Shown piece after piece: positions 1-12,059 of a stretch of 64,000 nucleotides of DNA. The translations under genes were made by a program, and so were the position numbers. This DNA is from Vicugna vicugna (lineage: Eukaryota), in the NCBI GenBank assembly GCA_013265495.1, contig MU057930.1:1132057-1196056 (forward strand), in the 5' to 3' direction. Positions within the stretch are counted from its first letter, which is position 1. Every line of letters begins with the position of its first letter. The notes below the pieces were generated by a model. The model was not told the origin of the DNA. It worked only from the letters and a program-made list of their open reading frames with translations, and made no database searches.

Positions 1-329
1 TTCAGTTTCCAATGGGACACCATCCCATTGTTTGCAAGTATTTAATGATACGACCAGGGTGGGGGGCACATACTTTTACGGTGACACCCCCTCCTGCCCA
101 ACACAACACAGGTGAGGACGGTCACTGTGGTTGGCCAGGCAGGAAGTCCTCTGTCTCTCTCCCCCTTTAGCTGCCCCCCGCCTCCTCTGTCTGTCGCAGA
201 GTCACCTCCCTGGGGAACCCGCAGCCCGGCCACCCCGTCTGTCTGACTCTGCGAGAGACGTGCCTCCCCTCCTGTCCATGGCGTGGTAATGGCTGCTCAC
301 TCCAAGGGCTCCCAGGCGGTGCCTCTGTA

Positions 330-458
330 GGAGGTAATGTTGGAAGTTGCATTAACTGCATGAGGCCACCAGGCGACCGTTTGAGACGCCAGTGCAGTCA
401 TTTCCCATAAAGTACCTTAATGGCCTGAAAAAGTTAATGCAGCTCTCAAATTGCCTCT
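330..458. repeat. Imperfect ~130-bp palindrome, probably an ancient palindromic interspersed repeat (MER135-like)
   Basis: Arms GAGGTAATGTTGGAAGTTGCATTAACT (331-357) and AGTTAATGCAGCTCTCAAATTGCCTC (432-457) are reverse-complementary. Inner AGGCCA (363-368)/TGGCCT (421-426) is in the same register around centre 394/395. Family name from memory only. Confidence 0.7.
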
Positions 459-683
459 GTTGCAAAGAGAGAACTGTACACTGGAAAGAACTGGACTCCC
501 TTGCTTCTCCCACACAAGCAGCAGAAATGTCACCAGCGCCTGCTGTTTACCGAGGGACAAGGTGCTAAGCTGAACGCTAATTAAACGGGTGCAGGTCCGG
601 CTGAGGATCCAGTGAGCGGGAATTGGAGAAGCAAGCCCAGAAAGAAACTCGGCAACACGGAGAATGAGAACAGAAGTTGGCCG

Positions 684-812
684 TGTTTTCTCATCCCCCT
701 ACGTGGAAATGAGGCTTCCTTTCCGGGGGCCACTCTGAAGCCGAGATGAAGGAGTACATTTAAAAGTGCTTAGAAAACTGCATGACACTTAGTAGGAGTT
801 TAATGAGCATGT
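684..812 (+). mobile_element. MIR SINE fragment
   Basis: ...gagatgaaggagtacatttaaaagtgcttagaaaactgcatgacacttagtaggagtttaatgagcatg resembles the MIR core/3' end. Confidence 0.55.
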
Positions 813-910
813 GAAACCCTTAGGAATTCAGTAAGTAGCTCTGAGTGCTGTCTGAGAGTCACAACCCCTGCTGCCTGTTTGGAAGACACATCTGATATGA
901 GCACCCATCC

Positions 911-1098
911 CCGTGGTTCTGAATCCAGATGAGATTGGACCACTTGTCATGGTCACAGCTCAGGGAGAGGGTGCTACTGGCATCCAGTGAGAAGAAGCAG
1001 GGATGCTGCCATAAACACTCTGCAGTGCTGGGGGCATACCCTGCAAACAAATGAATAGTCTGTCCATGATATTAATACTGTCGCGCTTGAGAATCCTG
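911..1098 (+). mobile_element. MER20-like hAT-Charlie non-autonomous DNA transposon
   Basis: gtggttct...gggtgctactggcatccagtg...agggatgctgccataaacactctgcagtgc...ttgagaatcctg. Confidence 0.7.
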
Positions 1099-1589
1099 AC
1101 CTTGCAGATGGTTTGTTTTTGTTTGTTTTTTTTTTAACAAAACTCAGCAATTCTGGAAGCTGCCAAAGAGAAGTATTCGAGAGAGGAGAAGAAGAGAGTT
1201 ATCAAGTAGTCAAGCAATGTTTTTCTTCTTAAACTGATCCTTCGTGCCAGGACTAACCAAATTTATCATCCCTCCTGAAATGATCTGACAAGAAATGCTG
1301 AGACCAAGCTGATCTAGGGAAATAGCTTCCATTTTTCGTACTCCCGCGAGTTTGTGCCAGGCCAGTCGGAATTCCAACATCCCCAACCTCACCCCTGCTG
1401 AAAGGCTGAAGAGGAGGAGGTATTTACACCCTCTCGCACACCTGCAGGTTTTAGTGCAAGTGCCTGGTTAACTCACTGGGTGATTCTTTCAGCAATGGTG
1501 CACGTTCACGAAACAGCTTAGCTCACTGGGCCCATGTCTATGTAGGATTTGATATTCGCCCAGCTGACCACAAGGGGCACCTTCTTCAC

Positions 1590-1703
1590 GTTATGGCTTG
1601 ACGTGTGTCGTCCATAAAGGTATGTGGAGACTGTAACCTCCAGGACGATGCACGTGACCTGATTTGTCACACTTTGTTACAGCAGCACCGGGCAATCAAT
1701 GCA
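1590..1703 (+). mobile_element. Internally deleted MaLR LTR (MLT1-like)
   Basis: MLT1-type 5' end (gttatggcttgacgtgtgtc...gtaacctccagg...gtgacctgatttg) joined to MLT1 3' end (actttgttacagcagcaccgggcaatcaatgca). Confidence 0.55.
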
Positions 1704-3071
1704 CTTGAAAAATCTGTTTTTCTTCTCTAAAAAGCCAGTGCTGTTTTGTGACTTTAATTTGATGAAACCCATACACATACCCAGATGACTTCCTTGAGCA
1801 AATTCAAATTGATGCAGAAATGGTAGCAAATACTTAGTTTAAAAATTCCACCTGGCGCGTGGATTTCCTTCCAGCCATAGTATGTGTGTGTTTTTTTTAA
1901 ATAAAACAAAAGCTCAGATTTAAAAAAAAAAAGCCTGTGTATTGTGAAATGGTAATACTTCAAATCTATAACTTCAAGGGGGAGGATGAATAAAGAGGCC
2001 ACACGGAAAGAGAGGCACTAATGCGTCATGTAATTTGCAGGGACCTGCAAGTAGACAGAATCATGACAGAACGGAGACGTTACGATTACAAAGACACTGA
2101 CAGCCACGCTCCAACATCAAATACAAAAGTACAAGTATGTCACGTCAGGAAATCTGATGCAGAATACAAATGTGGATGCTTCTGGAAGTTTGAGATTTAC
2201 GTCTCTGCAGGTGCAAATGAGGAGCCATCGATGTTTGCCCTGTGGCCTCTTGAGCAAGATTGAAAGAACTGAGCATCAGAACACAAAATGATAGCCACGT
2301 TCTGACTTTCAGAATCTTCCTGGAAGGGGTAAGCCCTGTTGTGCTGCTTAAGAGCAGAAGTGTCATCCAAGCTGAAAAAAATATATATGTTTTTAAAAAG
2401 AATGCCCTTAAAATTACACAGTGCCGTGCTTAGAGGCAACAAGGGAATGACTGTTCAAGACGTGTTCAATCCACTCAGTTGTGTTACACTTCGTTACTTG
2501 GTATCAGAAGCTTAAATGACACGGCGATTTAATAAACATTTAATTTATGTTTATACAGATGATGTGTGCATGGAAAAAAAATGCAACAAGTCAATTAATA
2601 TAACTGGGATGACCGATGCCGCACTAGGCAAGCTTTCAATGAAGGTTTGCTTTAAACTTCTCTGATATGCATGTAATAAAATTTGAAATGAAGCACGCCC
2701 CATCAAAACTGTGTTCTATATACCCCTTACGTTTTGAACATTATGTTAACAAGTATGATTTTTTTTATAACATATTTATAAAGTGGTCTAAATTATGGGC
2801 CCGGATTGAACACTGAGCAAACAGGTACATTTCTGCCTACACACTGCCCTAGTCCGATGGTTTGAGCATTTGATTTTGTCCTGTGCCATAATTAAAAGAC
2901 ATTTTGACCAGAGCAGGACATATTAAGAGGTTGGCGGAACAATGATAAATAATAATAAAGTCCCCATCTTTATTAAAAATCAGACAAGTTAGACCTACAA
3001 TCACAGAACTTGTTGAAACAAATGTTTTGTTTGATTATTCATAAATTAATCTCAGCAAACATCTGATAAAG

Positions 3072-3511
3072 TGGTGGTGAGGGTTAATTGTACACGTCCC
3101 CCAGGTACTCAGATATGTGTCCACATGCTAGTTTAGAGGTTGCCATGAAGGTTTGTTTGTTTTTTTTTTTAAAGAGGAGATTGCAATTGAAATTGGTAGA
3201 CTTTGAGTAAAGCAGATTACTCTCCATAATGTGGGTGGGCCTTGTCTAATCAGTTGAGGGCTGTAAGGGGAAAAAGACTGAGATCCACTAAGAAAGAGGC
3301 AATTCTGCCTCCAGACAGACTGTGAACTTCAGCTGAAACATTAACTCTTGGGTCGCCAGCTTGTTGGTCTGCCCTGCAGATTTCAGATGTATCCAGCTCC
3401 ACAATCACATGAGTTAAGTCCTTAAAATAAAATAAATCTCTCTCTCACACGTAAATACATAGGTACTGATAGATACACATTCTGTTTCTCTGGAGGATCC
3501 TGACCACTGCA
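3072..3511 (+). mobile_element. MLT2-type (ERVL) solo LTR
   Basis: ggtagactttgagtaaagcagattactctccataatgtgggtgggcc...aatcagttgaggg...aattctgcctccagac...tctgtttctctggaggatcctgac. Confidence 0.85.
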
Positions 3512-4229
3512 GTAGTCAAGTCAAATTGTCAGTATATTAGTTGCTATATTGATGAGATTCCAGCAAAAATTCCTATGTGGACAATGCCAGTCCCCATAAT
3601 TGTCACTGAAGTTAACAGACAAAGCCACTGGACCAAACCCATTACCCTGCAGGGAAGTCACAGATGATTCTGCACTGTTTCGTTACATTTTAAGTCTCCA
3701 CTTACAGTTTTGGTAACAATTGTTTAGAGATGGAACTAAGCAAAAGATGTTCTTTAAATAACTTGAGTGTTCTTTGGAAGGGATGTGAATTTCAAGTCAC
3801 CGAATTTATTGTTCCCAGAGGGTGAGGCTGCCTGAAGGCTTTTTATACTGTGCATTCAACAAACTCTTTTAAATCAGTGAGAGGTTATGTAAGTCCCACA
3901 GGCTGTTGGAACTTGGCAAGAAAGGGGAACTTTGGAGGGAAACAAATTAAGCTTGTGAACTCGAGGAGATGCCGTCAACACTGAGTTGGAAACTGTCAAT
4001 CTTGAATTCAAAGAGGTCACCCGTTCAGGAAGTTTACGGACGTGCTGACAGGAATACTGGTCCCAGGATTCATGAGAACTGTTAGGGCAACTTATGTTGA
4101 GGCATCCAACTCGAACGCTACTCTACACTAATTCCAATAATAATAACACAAGTGACTTTCATTAAAATGTAACACACCAAGACTTTAGCGCTAACCTCAA
4201 CCTCCTTTAGAAGTGCAACGTGGGAGGGT

Positions 4230-4960
4230 CTGGTAAACTGATTCAGTTGCAACCACAACGCAGATAAAGAACATCTCCATCAACCCACACACCCCCACAC
4301 ATTCCCTCATGTTCTTCTGCAAACAGCCCTCCCCCTACGTAGCCACCACCACTAATCTGTTTTCATCACTGTGGTTTTTTTGTAGAATGCGGTAGAAATG
4401 GAGTCACTGGTGAATAACAGACTGGCTCAAAATTTTAAATATTGTGTTTCCTTTGAGTCTAGTGTATTTGACTCAGCATAATGCTTCTGGAATCCACCCA
4501 CACTGTTGCATTCACTGACAGTTTGCTTTGTTATAAGGAGTGTTCTGTTGTATGTCTAGACAATCCGTTTCTCTGCACACAAGTGGGTAGGTTTTAAAAG
4601 CCTATTTTCTGGGCTATTTTGCCTGAATCTGCTGTGAGAAGTCACAGACAGGTCTTCCCAGGAACATATCTTCCTTCATGTGGAGTAAATACGAAAGCGT
4701 GAAATTGCAAGGCTGTAATACAAGGGTATTTCCCTTTATAAGAAATTGTTTTCCAGCATGATCCTACCAAGATACACTCCCAGTACAGAGTTCCAGTTGC
4801 TACAAATTCTTGAAAACCTGTGTATTTGTCTTTGTACATTTGAGCTGTGAGGTGGGATGGGCAGCACCCCCATGGTCCTTTAAATTGGCTTGTGAGGCTG
4901 ATAATATTTGTATCCAGTTAATGATCACTCATATCTCCATTTGTATGTGTGTGTTTTGAA
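4230..4960 (-). mobile_element. Old L1 (L1M-type) 3' region, antisense
   Basis: accactaatctgttttc...tagaaatggagtca...actcagcataatgcttctggaatccacccacactgttgcatt, typical antisense old-L1 3' end motifs. Confidence 0.6.
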
Positions 4961-5019
4961 GGAGTTCTGCTACAATTAAGTAGTTGAAATAAATAAAATG
5001 ACTCACACACAAGATGTAA

Positions 5020-6485
5020 ATCTATGTCTGTCTATCTATCTACCTACATAGCTATCCATTATCTATCTACCTATTTATCTATCCATCTATCTGTTATCTA
5101 CTTATCTATCTGTATCCTTTATCTATCTACCTATCTATCCATCCATTCAATTTTCCATCCACCCAACCATCCATCCATCTATCCATTCTATCTGTCTATC
5201 CATCTATCTATCCATCCATCCATCTTTACAGCCACCCAACGACTCATCCATCTATCCATTCCATCCATCTTTCCATCCACCCAACCATCTATCCATTCTA
5301 TCTATCCATTATCTGCATCCATCCATCTATCCTTCCATCTGTCCATCCATCCTTCCATCCACCCAACCATCCACTCATCTATCCATTCTACCCATCCATT
5401 CATCCACCTTTCCATCCACTCAACCATCCATCCATCTCCATTACATTCTATCTATCCATTCTATCGATTGATCTGTCTGTCTATCTATCTACCCATCCAT
5501 CCAACTTTCCACCCAGCCAACCATCTATCCATTCTGTGTGTCTATCTATCCTTCCATCTGTCCATTCATCTTTCCATCCACCCAACCATCCATCCATCTA
5601 GCCATTCTATCTATCCATCCATCTTTCCATCCATCCACCCATCCATCCATTCTGTCTGTCTATCCATCCATTCATCCATCTTTCCATCCACTCGACCATC
5701 CATCCATCTCCATTACATTCTATCTATCCATTCTATCTGTCTATCTGTCTGTCTATCTATCCATCCATCTTTCCATCCACCCAACCATTTATCCGTCTAT
5801 CTATTCTTCCTATCTATCTATCCATCCATATATCCATCTGTCTGTCTGTCTATTTATCTATCTATCCACCCATCCATCCAATTTTCCATCCACCCAACCA
5901 TCCATCCATCTATCCATTCCACCTGTCTACCCATCTATCCATCATCCATCTTTCCATCCACCCAACCATCTATCCATTCTATCTATGCATTCTGTGTGTC
6001 CGTCCATCTACCCTTCCATCTTTCCATGCATCCATCTTTCCATGCACTCAACCATCCACCCATCTATCCATTCTATCTATCCATTCTGTCTGTCTATCCA
6101 TCCATCCATCCATCTTTCCCCCAGCCAACCATCCATCTCTCCATTCTGTCTATCCATCCATCTTTCCATCCACCCAACCATCCATTCGTCTATCCATTCT
6201 ATCCTTCCATTCATTCTATCTATCTATCTAGCCATCCATCCACCATCCATCCATCCAACCATCCACCCAACCATCTATCCATTCTATGTGTCTGTCTATC
6301 TATCTATCCTTTCATCTGTACATCCATCTTTCCATCCACCCAACCATCCATCTATCCATTGTTTCTATCTATCTTATCTATCTATCTTTCTATTCTATTC
6401 TATTCTACCTCCCTACCAACCAACAAACCATAGATCAGTATCTCTCTATCTACATCATCTATTATCTACCTATCTACTTATCTAC
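5020..6485. repeat. ~1.46-kb compound (ATCC/ATCT/GTCT)n tract with a higher-order unit
   Basis: Direct inspection. Recurrent TTTCCATCCACCCAACCATC motif; + strand is very G-poor. Confidence 0.97.
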
Positions 6486-9400
6486 GTGGCTTTGATAAAG
6501 TCATAACCTACAACAGGAGGAAGCAACGCCAAGCAAATATAGACAAGTAACAAGTACAGAAAAGTCTGAAGACTTTTAGACACAGTCCATATTCCACCCA
6601 GGTCAACTGTACATAAAGAGTCATCATTCTCTGTTTGATGGTGGTTCTTCTTTGGGAACATGAACAGTCAACTGGTATGTAAGTACGTTTCCTTTTCTTC
6701 AGTCCTACCAGGGATTCATTCTACTTCTCAAATCGTGAATACATGTCTTTCACAAAACCCGAGAACCTTACAGTCACTTCTGCTTCACCCTGCAAATCTT
6801 TCAGTAGAATTTGATAGTTTCCGATGGAATCCTAAGGCTCTGTTTCTTCATCTTCTTCCTTCGATCTTTGTTTTCTGTCTGTGGTTCAGATGGAGTATTT
6901 CCATCAGGCTGATGATAGGTTTACAAATCCTCTTTCTTCTCCAGTCTCCAAATTGCAATGATTTTCTTTTTAGAATCCAGTTTTTGAAATGACGCTCAGC
7001 ACCTCTACTTTACTGTGTGGATCACACAGACCAACCCTGATGCATGTGCAGAGGGCACTGCAGTGGGGCATGAAAAAAAAATACCAGGAGGCAGGGAGCC
7101 CGGGGAAGGCTAACCTGGGCGCTTGCTACGACCCATGGACAAGCTCACTCTTTATGTCTGTTAAGAGTTCGAGGGCTTTAAAAGGTTAAAGCAGGGCTCA
7201 CTGTGGCCGGGTCTCTGTGGAGATGGTCCCTGTAAGACTCAGAGCAAGGGGAAGTTCGATAGATTTCCCCCTTGAAGAAGATGACAGGTCATTCAAGGCT
7301 TACAGCCTATTAACGGATCTTCCTTGCAAAATCGTACGCATGGTGCAGGTGTTTCATTAAGGATTCAAGAGCCAGTGTCACCCCAGGTTCGAGTCTCCGG
7401 GTGTAACCGAGAAGAGTGCCCCTCGCTGAGCCGCCGTCTCCTTCTCTACAGAACGGTGACGATTTTTTTTTTTCTTAACAGCACCTGGCACAATTCTCTG
7501 CGCCAAATGCCCCAAAATGATAGTTATGATGCAAAAGGTAAAGGGGCAAAAATGATTACAGAATGAGCGCTTTTCATTTTTATTTCTACTTTACTTACGC
7601 TCTTGTGTGTGTGTGTGTGTGTCTACAGAGATGTTTTAATTCCTGACACGATTAATGATATCTTTGTTGGTGTTTTTCACATCAATAATAGACATTCTGT
7701 ATCTTGCTCCTTTTGTCCCCCCCATCTACTCGGAGATCTTTGTTAAATAGAGCTTGAGATTGAAAATAAAAGTAAATGAGGGTCTTTTTTCCTCGCATTA
7801 TGCGAGTTGGAAAAGCAGTCACCTGATGGTACTCGCTCGCCAAGGTTCAGCCGATTCATCCCCAGCTCCCACGAGAGAGATTAAGAGTCACCCTAAGCTT
7901 CCGAAATGATGGAGTCATTGACGGTCATTTGCACTATGATCCAGAAGTGTTTCCAAGACAAGAGTTAAATATGTCAGCTTAAGAACTGGCCAACAACATA
8001 ACCAGCTGAAGACAAAACGGCTCAGAAAATCTCCATTTACCATCCCTTGTCAGAATTTGGAATCAACGCGGAACGTAATTTTTTCGACACTGGTCAGAAT
8101 TCGCTTCTAGCCACAGAGCCTTAGAAGACGATGGCCAAGAACCCTCCTCTTATTATGAATTCATATGTTATTCATTTTATGACAGCAGTAAAGGAACAAT
8201 TGCCAACAAAAAAATAGTGGCAGTTTTGACAGTATACTGGGAATTTAAAACCGGCAAGTTGCCGTAAGTAATGCCATTCTGTTCTGCACTCACAATACAT
8301 CTCAGGGTGGTGCTTAAAGTCACAGAAGTGCAACTAAATTCACAAATATAAATGTTTATGCTTCTTCCACTTTTATGTTCAGTGTTTAGGGGGAAAAATA
8401 CTTTGCAGTTATTACCTGCCTCCCTATTCCTGTCAATATTCTGTTTTTTTTTTTAATAAATATGGCTTCATAAACAGAATCCTCTTGAGCACGTGATTTA
8501 TTTCTTTTTCTGCCAAGTAGTGGAGAGATTGCAACCACGGGTCAGAACTGTAAGTCTGTCCTTACCCAGGGAAATTTGAACAAAATACAACAAATCTTAT
8601 AAATCATTTGATAAAAACAAAGCATCGTGCGTGTGGCAGAATGTTTCCAAAGTGAATCATTTATTATTCCTCTAAACACATTCCCTAATAATGAAACCTA
8701 CCACGATCCATTTTTATATGCATTTCAGCACATTTAATTAACTTGCTAATTAAAAGATAGTATGTTTTTTCCTTTCAGTTTTATAAACATTTAGACAAAA
8801 TTTATTGGGAAAAAAAAAAACTTTGATTATACCAGCTTTCAACACAGACCATTTATGTAAGTGAACAGAACAGATTCCTCCACAGTTACTTAAATTTGCC
8901 TGCCTTAAAAATACACTGAATTTATCTAAACGTTCTTTTCGTATTAAATCGGTGAATAAGGTAACAAGTTTCATTTGCTTTTTTTTATTAATGTCCCATC
9001 AAAAAAGAATCACGTTCATTTATCTTTTAACGTGTCACTGCTTCGTAACAGGACTTCAGCTTTGCCTGAAACTTTTAAGTGGAAACTCCGTTCACTTTTA
9101 ATGGTTTCGACGGACACAAACCATCCAAAGCTTTCACTTTGGTAGAACAGGTACACGGACGTTTTAGGACGGTGACCTTAATCTGCTCTTAAGAATAGTA
9201 ATGCTTCCAGGATCAAGCAGGCTGGCATGGTTACGTTGTGTCCACCTAAACGTGGTGACCATCGGGATTTGAAGCTCTGGCCGAGAATTAGCCCTGGTGA
9301 ACAGAAATGTTTCATGGAAGCATCTTAAGGTAGAAAGAATGCTGTCATCAGAAGCTTTTCATTAAAGCGGTAACACAAACATTTTATTTCATTGAGTGCA

Positions 9401-9486
9401 CATTCTTTTAGGCTTTGCTGCGAAAACGGAGAGGAAAAATATATGCCACCTTCCTTTCCCATAAATATTTGTATCCACCAGGGCGT

Positions 9487-9545
9487 GGGTTGGCCAATTT
9501 TTCTCTTTAAGGGGTCAGATAGTAACTATTTTAGCCATTGTAGGT
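9487..9545 (+). mobile_element. MER58-like hAT fragment
   Basis: gggttggccaatttttctctttaaggggtcagatagtaactattttagcc matches the recalled MER58A 5' end. Confidence 0.55.
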
Positions 9546-11393
9546 GTATCGAATAACCTGTCTTTGCAACCAAGTGTTCTCTCTGAACGGCAATTTGTGT
9601 GCGTGCGTCTGTGTGTGCGCACACGCCTGGGTGTATCTGTCTGTTACATTTTGTATTTTAATATGTCCAACTCATTCTCAGCTCAGAGCTGAAGTTAGCA
9701 TTTATTTTTTCGAAGCTAGACTTTGTTTCTCCAGTGATCGCTTGCCAAGCCCTGCGTTAGCAGAGAGACCGCAGACGCACGTATGAAAAAAAAGAAAGGT
9801 TAAGGTGTTTGGGACAAACGGACAAGCTTCATCTGCACAGCCGGACCTGGGGTGGCCTGTGCTCCAGGGACCACGGAGAGGATGGAGAAAACAAAGAAAT
9901 GAGGCACTTTCTGTTTGAAGAAGGACTGCCTGCACGTGGCCCCAGCGGCGTTGCAGGCTGCACCCCATTGCAAGCCCTGGGGCACCGGCGGTAGCTCACA
10001 GCAAGGACCGGCGGGGTGTGGTTTTCATGCTGGGATGGCACATGCCCACCTGACAATTCCGTTTTTATGGAAACACACAGACAAAACCCTGCCTCAGCAA
10101 TGCACATTTGGACTTTTTATATACTCTCTTCTCACTTCCGAATTTGCGTGTGTTTGGTAATGAATTTCTTTCAATGGACTACCCACTTTGTCATGAACTC
10201 TCACCATTTCTTCCGCACAAGGAAGTCTGCATCCAATAGCTTGTATTTCCAGATGGATGTTGTTTTAATATTCTTCCTGGATGCGTAGGGGCTCGGGGAC
10301 GGGGTTGGGTCTCAGATTTCCTTTCCTCTCCCAGGGACGACATGAATCGCGAATCAAAGAGCCTTTTATTCCCAAAGCCAACGTTTGTTTGCATTATCTC
10401 TTTCCGCTTCTTGGCTAAACTTATCTTTTCCTTGCAAACTTTAACAAGCAAAATGCAATGTATTTTCCGCTTGCAATCCTGTGCTCACGGCTACCTACCT
10501 TAAGCTATCATTTAAACTTTCTCTGAATGAGATTTCAGCTTTTGAGGCGGGGGGAGGGGGAAAGACAGCCTATCTTATTTCGACCACAGTTGTGGTCGAA
10601 CTGTGGTACACTGACATCTCTAATATCCATGACCTTTCAAACCATCTCACCAGTTCTAAAAATTGAATGAGACTTTAAAGACCATTTTTATCCTTAAAAA
10701 TTAACGTATCGATGCGACACCCTTCAACCAAATGTCACGCAGTGACCATGGTGTACATTACAGGAGCTGAAGTCAGTCTCATTTTTTAAAACTCCAAAAT
10801 GAACGAGAGAAGATGGAAGATACTTCTCAACTTTAATTTCATTTTCATACTATGATCATTATTTTTATGTATTTACCAAACCCAATGATTTGACCTGCAC
10901 TGCTCAATAACGGAAAAAAAAAGCGAAGCCTAAAGTTGGAATTTGAATGCAGTGCGTTCACTCTGAGTTTCCATACGGTGTTTCAGGGCTTGGGTTTATA
11001 TGTTTCCAAAGAACTGCGAAAACTGTGACCCCTAATAATTCTATGATCATGTTTCTCATCCTGTTGATCGAATCCCAGAGGAAGCAATGTCCCTGCAGCT
11101 GTCAATCATCTTTGTACCTTGGGAAATTATCATCTTACTTTTTTGACACTATTTGCTCATCAGGTTTAAGTTTTAAAAGTCATTTCGTTCAATGTAGAGA
11201 GAACCCTTGTAGATACACAGTGCAGGAAGCTAATATTATTTTTTCCCTTATCTCTTCTTTCTTCTAGAGTTTAGGAAGAAGTGGTTGGGTCAAAATTCCT
11301 AAATATATATATATATCTCCACTGCAGCTTAAGACAAAGTGGAAAATGAAAACTCTTGGGTCAGAGATGTCATAAGTTCAGAGATTATAATCT

Positions 11394-11497
11394 TTTTTAG
11401 AATTTTTAAAACAGAAGTATAGTCAGTTCCCAATGTTCTGTTAGTTCCTGGTGGGACTGTGGAAAACAGTATGGAGATTCCTTAAAAAATTAAAAAT
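11394..11497. mobile_element. Tiny L1 with two pieces in opposite orientation
   Basis: 11394-11453 is an antisense L1 3' tip (gaagtatagtcagtt...aatgtt...ctggtg). 11456-11497 is a sense ORF2-end piece (ctgtggaaaacagtatggagattcctt). Confidence 0.65.
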
Positions 11498-12059
11498 CGG
11501 AGATTTTTTTTCCACTTGAAAATGGCGGGTGGCTTGGGGAATAAATGTATCTATGTGATAAATACGCAGCTTCCCACCTAACTTCCTTCTTCATACTCTT
11601 GGCTGGAAACCAGCCCCCACCCCCCACCCCCCGAAGCCTCACAGGATGGCTAGAGTCCAGAGACTCAAGAGAAATTTTCAGGTCACCAGCCCCACGCATA
11701 CAGAGGTAACTGCGATTCACCTACAGGGAGTTCAGGGCTTCAACGTGAGCAGACTCTTAAGACTCCTTTGACCCATGCTGTGTTCTCCTGATTTTTTTTT
11801 TTGTTAAACCATCTTCACTGATAAATGATTTATGGGCAATAAAATCCATGCAAAAAATTGGCTGAGAAATTGTAGACCATGAGAGATTCTGAGAAATAAA
11901 TATAGGCATATGAAAGTGGTCACATTCGAGATGGAGACCATTTCTGTCCCCACCACCTTTCCAGCTGTCTCAATGCAGAGAATGCTCCACCCCGCCCTCC
12001 TCTGGGGGTGGCGCCTGGGCTCCTCCAAGCCACTCCTTCCCCCGCTTCCCCCGAGAATT

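Noticed and set aside
5140..6350. Recurrent ~20-nt motif with variable intervening sequence, superficially CRISPR-like
   Set aside because: The spacers are themselves tetranucleotide repeats of irregular length; no cas genes; mammalian DNA
5024..6506. 469-aa and 322-aa ORFs (also 49465-49983)
   Set aside because: Stop-free only because they translate the G-poor (ATCC/ATCT)n tract; S/I/H/P/Y/L low complexity
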